Assembly: GCA_951406725.2 (NCBI GenBank) | Contig: OX597831.1 | Coordinates: forward strand, 8,866,001-8,930,000 | DNA from: Octopus vulgaris | Taxonomy: Eukaryota | DNA length: 64,000 nucleotides | Reading direction: 5' to 3' | In this document: one piece after another, positions 54,841 through 64,000 of the stretch | Position numbering within the stretch: position 1 is the stretch's first letter | Layout: every line of letters starts with the position of its first letter | Program-made: the position numbers and the translations under genes | Notes under the pieces: generated by a model | Databases searched by the model: none | The model's input: only the letters and a program-made list of their open reading frames with translations | Told to the model about the DNA's origin: nothing

Positions 54841-56384
54841 GTCCGTCAGGGATGCCCCCTCCCGGCGCTTCTATACGTATTGACTCTTGAGCCACTACTG
54901 CGGAAGCTGGCGACTCTGAGGGGCATCCCGCGAGAATTAGGATGCGGGACGAGCGTGTCTGCATACGCGGACGACGTCACCGTCATAATGTCAAGCCACG
55001 AGCACATCGAGCGGGTCGGCGAGACACTGAAAGACTACGAAGCGGTGACAGGAGCAAAAATCAACCGGGAAAAGTCAGTGGGCTTGCGGCTCGGCACCTG
55101 GAGAAGCAAGCCCATGCCGTCCACCAGTACCTCCGTCGTGGGACGCTGGACAGACGGCCCGGTTGAGTTGCTCGGGGTCTGGTTCGGTCCGGACCTCCAA
55201 ATGGAGAAGAACTGGAACGAGATAACGAGTAGGGTGGTCACTCTCGCCCAGCAATGGGCCGAGAGGAAACTGTCCCTAAAAGGTCGGGCGGAGGTGGTGA
55301 ACGCGTACATCGCATCCATCATCTACTACCGCCTGACCGTCGTACCTTGTCCCGACCCTACCATCACCAAACTAGAACGCATCCTCTTCCGCTTCTTGTG
55401 GAAAGGATGCGTCCCGATGGTCAGGCGATCCATTTGCTGTCAACACCCGTTAAAAGGAGGGCTGGGCATGCCGTGGTTGATGATGCGCAGACACGCGCTG
55501 AGACTGCGACATCTCCGGCTCTATGTAGACGACGGTGAACAGGTGTGGTCGCCGTTTGTGAGGCACGCATTCCCGCAACTCGTCTCCATGACCGAACTAC
55601 AGTCGTGGATCAAAAAGAGGCCGAGGAAGGGCGAATGGCACCGCAAGTGTCGCGTTGCTCTCAAGCAACTCTGCCGTCCCGGGTTGACCTTGAGTGACTT
55701 CAACACAACCAAAGCATTCTATAGGAGATTAGTGGAGGGGAGGTACGACGACGAGCTCGGGGCAAACCTGGGCGTCGACGAGGAATACCTGACCCGCCTG
55801 TTTCAAACGACTTTCGGCCCGGGACCTATGGACAACTTCCAGAGATCCCTGGCCTGGCGGTGCTACCGAGAAGCGCTACCCGTTCGGGATAAGCTCTATA
55901 GGCATGGCTCGAGAAATACGGGGCCGACCTGCCCGAGATGCGGGCAGAGCGACGAAACCGCTCTGCACGCAATCGTGCAGTGTCCAGCAATTTCCCACCT
56001 GTGGGCTTATGTCGAACGACTGCTGTCACGTGTGGAACGTGTCGGTTTATCAGCCGAGTCTATCGTTAATATCGTCACGCCTCCTTCCTTCAAACGGGAA
56101 GGAAGAGCTATTTTTATCATACTTGTGGCTATGGCGAAAGAATGTATCTGGTGGACGCGTCTGAAAGGATTAGAGACAAACACTTTCCTCTCAGGTCAAT
56201 CTCTCATCAACTTCTTCAAGTATCACTTGAAGAAAAAGTGAGAGTAGAGAGGCAAGTTTTGTTAGTGAATGTTTTAAAAATGAAGGAGGACAAGTTTTGT
56301 CTAGTGAATGTTTTAAAAAGATGGGTGAATGTAGCAAGGATGGCACGTATGAATGACGAAGCCACTTTGACTATGATTCTATGA
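54841..56384 (+). pseudogene. ORF2 C-terminal half: RT domains 4-7, thumb and CCHC zinc knuckle (zf-RVT); frameshift near 56238
   Basis: VRQGCPLPALLYVLTLEP from 54841, AYADDV, GAKINREKS, LLGVWFG, LSLKGRAEV, GGLGMP, CPRCGQSDETALHAIVQC. Continues as KVRVERQVL in another frame, with a duplication of about 38 bp at 56253-56319. Confidence 0.92.
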
Positions 56385-56750
56385 ACCGTAAAAATTAATA
56401 CAGAGAGTTGCTTATTTGCAAAAAAAAAAAAAAAAAAGAAATATAACATGTGACTTCATTGACCGAGGTTACCGTGGTCTTTTCCGTAGGCTTTTCTTTC
56501 CACGGGTAAACCTCACCTGTCCTCCCCTTTACACTTCATATTGACATTTCTGTGATAACGATCCCTATTGATCAATTTTTTTTCCTCTCCCCCTTTTTTT
56601 TTAACCCCTCCTTTTTTTATCCTCTTTCTCTCCTTTTACGATCCCTTTTGATCGACCCCCCCTTTTTTTTTTTTTTTTACCTTCAAAAGAAAAGCTCTAC
56701 CTTGTAATTTGTTCTATCTGTGTGCAGCCCTGTGTGGCTAATAAAGAAAC
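54841..56750 (+). mobile_element. 5'-truncated Tx1/L1-clade non-LTR retrotransposon in (TATC)n
   Basis: RT ORF2 remnant followed by a pyrimidine-rich 3'UTR ending AGCCCTGTGTGGCTAATAAAGAAAC, then (TATC)n/(TGTC)n. High GC and retained CpGs suggest a young copy. Confidence 0.92.
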
Positions 56751-56765
56751 ATATCTATCTATCTA

Positions 56766-56813
<48 letters not shown>

Positions 56814-56841
56814 CCTATCTATCTATCTATCTATCTATCTA

Positions 56842-56895
<54 letters not shown>

Positions 56896-56964
56896 AGTCT
56901 GTCTGTCTGTCTGTCTGTCTGTCTGATATCTGGGTTTACTATATAGTTACTATATAACTATATG

Positions 56965-57041
56965 TACACTGTGTTAATGCATTAATTTCTACTTTTTCTA
57001 TTCTGAGTAGAAAAAAGTAGAAATTAATGCATTAACACAGC

Positions 57042-57044
<3 letters not shown>
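56965..57044. repeat. Inverted repeat (about 35-bp arms, 7-nt loop) abutting (TA)n
   Basis: CTGTGTTAATGCATTAATTTCTACTTTTTCTA / TTCTGAG / TAGAAAAAAGTAGAAATTAATGCATTAACACAG. Confidence 0.92.
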
Positions 57045-57092
<48 letters not shown>

Positions 57093-57606
57093 TAATTAAT
57101 TATAAGAGATGATCACATTTTTGAACGGTAATCAAGAGCCTCTGTATGTCTGTGTTACACTTGTCATATCTGGTAACGCTTGTGCTTCAGGGAAGAGAAA
57201 TTTATAGAGTTACCTCATTCTGAAAAAGAATGTCGTTAACATCACGTGTTGACAGTACATAATTCTGCTCGATTTGTGTCAGTATAATGGTTATCAAACG
57301 AAAGCATGATTGGTTTTTTTTTTTTGTCAAGACGTTAATAGCGTTATGCATGCAGAGATGCCTGCATCCACAGTGACACACAAATGCAAGTGCAGATACA
57401 TATATTGTATACACACACACACACTCACACACATAAACACACACATGTATGTACGTATACGTATTAAGAGAAACACAGAGATATACATACATGCCAGCAT
57501 AAGAATATGCTAATGAGTGCGTACGCACATGCTTAATATATTAAATATGCACATATATATGTATGTATATATATATGTATATATATGCACGTATACATAT
57601 GTATGC

Positions 57607-57652
<46 letters not shown>

Positions 57653-57653
57653 G

Positions 57654-57732
<79 letters not shown>

Positions 57733-57912
57733 ATGTATGTATACATGCATACAAAACATACACACACACACACAAACACACATATATGTACTACTGTCTG
57801 GATGTTTCGCGTTCTTGTCCCATTTTGTATTTTTTTTATATATAGTCGCGTACGTACACTTTGGTCTCTTATATGTATATATATATATATATATATACAT
57901 ATATGTATGTAT

Positions 57913-58314
57913 GTAGGAGTGGCTGTGTGGTAAGTAGCTTGTCTGCCAATCACATGGTTCCGGGTTCAGTCCCACTGCGTGGCACCTTGAGCAAGTGTCT
58001 TCTACTATAGCCTCGGGCCGACCAATGCCTTGTGATTGGATTTGGTAGACGGAAACTGAAAGAAGCCCGTCGTATATATGTATATATATGTATGCGTGCG
58101 TGTGTTTGTGTGTCTGTGTTTGTCCCCTAGCATTGCTTGACAACCGATGCTGGTGTGTTTATGTCCCCGTTACTTAGCGGTTCGGCAAAAGACACCGATA
58201 GAATAAGTACTGGGCTTACAAAAGAATAAGTCCCGGGGTCGAGTTACTCGACTAAAGGCGGTGCACCAGCATGGCCGCAGTCAAATGGCTGAAACAAGTA
58301 AAAGAGTAAAAGAG

Positions 58315-58316
<2 letters not shown>
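57913..58316 (+). mobile_element. SINE family B (full length)
   Basis: GTAGGAGTGGCTGTGTGGTAAG..GAAACAAGTAAAAGAGTAAAAGAGTA, within (TA)n. Confidence 0.92.
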
Positions 58317-58349
<33 letters not shown>

Positions 58350-59877
58350 CACATACTTGCACACTACCAGTACTATCTTATTTTTAGAAACAAGAATTCA
58401 CTCACCTATATATGTACGTATATTTGTTTGTACATACGCTCACCCCCGCGCACACTCATATATACACATATATAAACATACATATATACACAACACATTC
58501 CTACTTGCTTCATATCTTTGGATATATACATCGATATATACTTTAACAAATATCTTTGCTCCTGCATATATACGCCAAGATGCGGGCGTAGAATGTGAGT
58601 GGGAGCTATGCGGATTGACACACCTATCCACGTATGCATGCACGTGCATACACGAGCCTGTATATATTTTTTAAAAATAAATATTCTACATGCGAAACGT
58701 CTTTAAGTTGGAGGATGAAAAAATATAAATGAAGAAAAATTAAAAAGGAATACAAGTAAAAATAATGGAGAAAAGTAAGAATAAGTAATAACGTGATTGG
58801 ATCTTAGATGGTTTTTAAAAAAACGGTAGGGGAATCGAAGAAGAAAGAATAAGAGAAAGAACAACAAGAAAAAAGTATTTGTGTGTAAATGTGTATGAAT
58901 TTGAAGCGCTGAGTGAAATAATAACGAAATAATGTTGGTGTGCTGAAAGGGGCCTGGAGAAATATAGATATATGTGTTAATGTCTCGGGACAGATGAAGT
59001 GGGGAAAGCATAGAAATAGATGGAAGAGTGAGGAAGGGGGGAATAAAGGCATTTAATATAGATGCAGCTAGGAAGGGGAGGAGTAGATTTAAAATTATTT
59101 TCTATTTTCTCTGATGCAACAGCGATAGCTTCTCACATGTGCGTCTTTAGACGTGAAAGGAATTTGAAATTTGGAAATAATTTTTGGTAAAATTTTAGTG
59201 GGTGAACATAAAAAAAGTTGTAGGTTTCGAGATGTTAAATAGAATAAATTATACAAAAAGGAAACAGAAATGAAGTAAAATAAATTTGTATGAAAGATTA
59301 ACATTAATATAATATGTAATTCCTCAATATTTTCACAACTAAGACACCCACGTATATCCACGTGGGCCATCATTCACAAAGGCAAGTGTGTGTGTGTGTG
59401 TGAGTGTGCGTGCGCGTACGCATGTAAATACTTACATTTGAACAAGTGAAGAGAAGGGTGTTCTCAATATTGAAAACCAAGGTACATATTTAATCAAAAA
59501 GCGAAAATTCATAAATAGTTTGCTCCGAATCTCTAGCTTCTGGTGTCTTGCAAGCTTATCAAAATTTGGCCACTCAAGATGAGAGTGGATAAGAATGAAA
59601 ACAACAGCCTAAAGACTACAAATAAAATGTTTGAAGAATATCGAAGCGTTAATTAAACGATACAATTGCTACGTAACATCTGCACTGTTACATACGCCAT
59701 GACGAGATAAGCAAACGTATTCTGCCGCGCAAATAGAGAAATCATCAAGAGAAATCCAATTAGATTTTTAGGTTGTTATAGTTTATATGTGAATCAGTTT
59801 AAAAATGGGCAGAAGGAGACACAACCTCGGTCAAAAACAGCACACGGACACACACGCACACAAACACTTTTTTTTTT

Positions 59878-60082
59878 TATCTAGTTTCAGCTCACGAGCT
59901 GTGGCCATGCTGGGGCACCGCCATTTGGTGTTGCTACATGATTTTACTTCACGAATGCATTTTAGCAACTGCCATTTGGTGCATGAGAGAGTTCGATGCA
60001 GCTGCCCTCATCTGCACCTCCTGCCGTGAAGTTGGTTCATCCGGGACACCTGACAGGACGAGATCCAGTCCTACTTTAAAGA
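59878..60082 (-). mobile_element. 3' terminal fragment of a CR1-group LINE
   Basis: Minus strand encodes FKVGLDLVLSGVPDEPTSRQEVQMRAAASNSLMHQ (cf. FK..LD.FL..VPD.P...RAA.SNSL..Q), followed by tail GGCGGTGCCCCAGCATGGCCACAGCTCGTGAGCTGAAACTAGATAAA. Confidence 0.8.
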
Positions 60083-60126
60083 CATATGTATATATATATG
60101 TATATATATGTGTATATATATATATA

Positions 60127-60480
60127 CTTTTCTACTCTAGGCACTAGGCCTGAAATTTTGGGAGAGTGGGGTGCAGTCGATTAGATCGGCCCCAGTACGC
60201 AACTGGTACGTAAATTATCGACCCCGAAAGGATGAAAGGCGAAGTCGACCTCGACGGAATTTGAACTCGGAACGGAACGGCAGACCAAATACCTATTTCT
60301 TTACTACTCACAAGGGGGTAAACACAGAGAGGAAGAGGACAAACAAGGACAGACAAACGAATTGAGTTGATTGTATCGACCCCAGTGCGTAACTGGTACT
60401 TATTTAATCGACCCCGAAATGATGAAAGGCAAAGTCGACCTCGGCGGATTTTGAGCTCAGAACGTAGCGGCAGATGAAAC
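60127..60480 (-). mobile_element. SINE A (60294-60480, head missing) joined to a SINE A-prime body (60127-60293)
   Basis: The tail GTAGTAAAGAAATA is followed directly by GGTATTTGGTCTGCC of the second element, the same junction as at 31786. Confidence 0.85.
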
Positions 60481-61721
60481 ACAGTTGCCTTCAGTTATAT
60501 TTTTATATAGGCAAAGCACAATTAGACCGCCCTACACGCTTTAATCATATTCATGATTTTAATTCTTAAATTAACAATGCTTAAATTCCAACTGAGAGAA
60601 AAATCGTTTGAGACAACACAGGAATATTTTTATAAAACTCATTTAAGTTGTGAAAAATTATATTTTGCTACTTACGCTAACATATGTGTAAGATTTTCAT
60701 TTGAACTGGAAACAAGTGAAAGGTTGTAGTTACTTTTTTTAGATTTTCGCAGAAACAATGTCGCAGGAAAAATGAAATATGGCAAAAAAACAAAAGAAAA
60801 ACCCAAAAAACTTAAATAAATGACTGATTCAATATATATTGTTTTGTTTCAATGTTATGACACTGAATAAAACATGAATTTTACAGAAAAGCGTAATGGC
60901 ATTATAAAAATTGTCATAGTGTACGAGTAATGCATTGGCAGTTAAGAAGTGACTCAAAAATATTATTTGTTTAATTTATTCGCTATTATTTATGGTACAA
61001 TGCGACGTTTTCGCTTAATTCCATATTTTTATTTTCATTTATAACTTTCAACGCTTTAACTTGCTGTTAAAAAACGCAGGTTGGCTTGTTAAATTATAAA
61101 GTGTTACAAAATAAGTTACATGGAAACATTTTTCGTAGTTAAAGAGAATGTCAAACATGCTTGTTTGCTTCTTTTAATAAATAAATTAGCGAATTTTGTG
61201 TAATGTATAAAGTATTTCAAAAAAGATTTTTTTTAGACTAAATTAAAAAAAATAATCACAAAGAATTCTTTTTACGCATTTGAATGATTAAAAAAATATT
61301 TTGTTTTATCATAAAATAAATTAGCAAATATTGGAAAAACAGAAGAAAAATACAAAAATACCAAAACCTCTACAGAAATAGCGATTTATTAGATATATGA
61401 AATATTTCTATTTAACAAGCTGCGTCTATGATTTTTTTTATATATTTAGTAAATATAACTCAGTTTTGTTGTTTGCAATTCTGTTATCTCTTTATTTTTC
61501 TGGAATATACGTGTAAACATGGCAGAATAGAAACAAATGTGTAATGTCGTCACTATAAGCATATTTCTAGGCATGTATGTGTGAATGTGTGGGTTTGTAT
61601 GTGTGTGTGTGTGTGTTGCTTCACATATTTCAATGTGTGTATTATGTATGCTTTCGTGACTATACAAAAAGTGTGCATGTATACATACATGTGTAGGCGC
61701 CTCCCTCTCTACCTCTCTCTC

Positions 61722-61764
<43 letters not shown>

Positions 61765-61776
61765 CACATACATACA

Positions 61777-61843
<67 letters not shown>

Positions 61844-61858
61844 CATACATACATACAT

Positions 61859-61899
<41 letters not shown>

Positions 61900-62713
61900 T
61901 ACACACACACATACACACACATATATATATATGAGTCGAACGAAGCGGCATTGAATAAAATATATTTGTGGTAAAATGCTATTTAACACTTTCAAATCTA
62001 GCCAAACGTGAGAGTAGCTTCCATTGTGGAAATAATCCGGGATAGCATATGTTATCCCAGATAACATGATTGAAAGTGCATTGGGATGTAAATTTATTTC
62101 ATTGGATTATAGAACGCAAGCATTTCCTCGGGTTGTAAAATACTAACACTAAATCTTCCTTTCACAGCCCGATAAAAACGCATTCATTCTTGTATTAGAA
62201 CGACACACGGTATCGTTTCCTAAGGTGCGTAAAGCCTGGTCAACCTAGAATTAGACAGATACAGTACAGTTTCATGAAACTGTATTCAATAAACTATATT
62301 GGCGTAAAATCATGTGAAGTGTCCTAGGAAGAAATCTTCCGCGTAGATGACATTTGTGAAAATACTTATCACGCTGCGAATTACGTCAATGAATTTGAGA
62401 ACGCATCTTTGAGTCAACCCACACTACACTGCTATACTTTGTTTCCGCAAACTCATACACTAACCACCTCTTTCCAAAAACTTAAGCAGCATTCATACGC
62501 ACACACTAAATATTTGCAACGCGGCCATCGCATCAGATGCAAGCCATTCTCTACAAATATAGAGAAGTGGCACAATATCTACGAATGTGCATACACATAT
62601 GTGTGTGTGTTTGTGCGCGCGTGCGTATTTATACCTGCCTACCTACCTACATGTATATTGTATGTACGGAGCTATCTATTTGTCTATCACACACAGGCAC
62701 ACACACACACACA

Positions 62714-62763
<50 letters not shown>

Positions 62764-63149
62764 CATTATATTTATGTATGCAAACACATAACAGATTTCA
62801 GTAACCCATCATTTCGCCTATATGTTAATATAGAATTGTTTTTCTAGAATGAAATCTAAATGAATTTCCTAGCAGAGAACAAACGCATATCGTCTATCGA
62901 AAGAGAATCTTTATGAATTACATACAGAAATAGAAATATACTTTTATGAAAAATTTGAAAATATACTTGTATGTTTTATATATTAATGGAATACAAGAGA
63001 TACGAATCTATCGACTTGAGAAAGACGACGAATTCGTAGATTTCAGAGGCTCCCCGAGACAAATGAGAGGTTTCCGGTTGCGCTTCCCTTTGCTGTCAGT
63101 GGCGGTTTCTCTTCCGGTTCATGAACTGGACAACAAAAATACTCCAATG

Positions 63150-63910
63150 TCAAATATAATGGTGAGGCGAGAGTATTAATGCAGTGGTTAGTGAGGTGCC
63201 TGAGCTGGCGAACGCAATGTAGCGGTTATGGGTAATGAAAAGAAAGGGAACAAGTATGATGTGAATAACCCCGTAAGTATGACAAGAAATTAGCAAACAC
63301 TGAGGAGCAGAAACAATGTTAGTTACAGTAAAAAAGGCAGCGTGAAGAGGAAGGACAACTTGTATCTAACCCGGTAACTAAAGTGAGAAGACAATCTCTT
63401 CATTGGAATCACCCGGGAGGCGTGTATTTTGTTTTTGGCATGCACTTTGAACGTCTGTACCAGTAGCAGGATTAGATCCAAATGCTTGGAGACGTACTTC
63501 ATTTTCAGTTTCACTTCAGTGTTTATAGTGTTCGTAGTTTGTGGAACCTGGAATATTTTCTGGTCTTAACGATGAAGTCTCCTTTATGTAAAACGAATTT
63601 GCTATGAGTTTGCCAGCAGAGATCAATAGTTTTAGTGAAACTTAGATATATATCAACTGCGAAGGTAGTTCGTGGGTCCTGTTCGTATTTGGATGGAGTT
63701 GGATTACTTCTTTGTCCAGTTAACGCTTAAGTCTTTGTTCCATTGACGAAGAAAGATAACCACATTGGAGGAATACTTTGTTAATTGTATCGGTGCTTTG
63801 TTAATTAAATTACTCTATTTAGGTTGCTGTTAGATGGCGCTTGATTGTCTGGGGTTAAGTAAGAATGAAGTGTGATATCGTCTACGTCGAAGTGGATTTT
63901 GCTGGTGATG
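63150..63910 (-). mobile_element. Degenerate RT C-terminal region of an L2/CR1/Jockey-group LINE
   Basis: Minus-strand peptides KIHFDVDDITLH (FADD-like), RQWNKDLSVN, LSFTKTIDLCWQTH and INTEVKLKMKYVSKHL (cf. YK..VRP.MEY.S.IW). Confidence 0.5.
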
Positions 63911-64000
63911 TTAGTATATCAATCGTTGGTGTAGAAAAACAAGACAAAAAACACCCTCAAAACAAACAAAAAAATCGCACCATGTGTAACACCATAATTG

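Noticed and set aside
54942-56164. Overlapping alternative-frame ORFs inside the LINE
   Set aside because: They are by-products of the high GC content of the Tx1 ORF2.

Overview
AT-rich, microsatellite-dense eukaryotic DNA, intronic or intergenic. The SINE families and the very high (TA)n/(TATC)n/(ATT)n load point to an octopus genome (inference). No host protein-coding gene can be supported, and almost all ORFs in the track are microsatellite or SINE artefacts. The only long real ORF is the 3' half of a Tx1/L1-clade retrotransposon ORF2 (54841-56384) embedded in (TATC)n. The window also holds remnants of many retroelement clades (Tx1, CR1-like, RTE, R4/Dong-like, HERO-like, L2/Jockey-like, probably Penelope), at least four tRNA-derived SINE families, a non-autonomous Helitron and Tc1/pogo-type MITEs. 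The most interesting signals are three. (1) A cluster of type I hammerhead ribozyme folds at 46.6-48.0 kb, two of them in a 546-bp head-to-tail dimer, which resembles a retrozyme or Penelope pseudo-LTR. (2) Two SINE-LINE partner pairs recognisable from shared 3' tails with compensatory stem-loop changes. (3) An apparent GGT target-site preference of one SINE family, which often nests inside other SINEs. All folds and alignments were done by eye and need computational confirmation.
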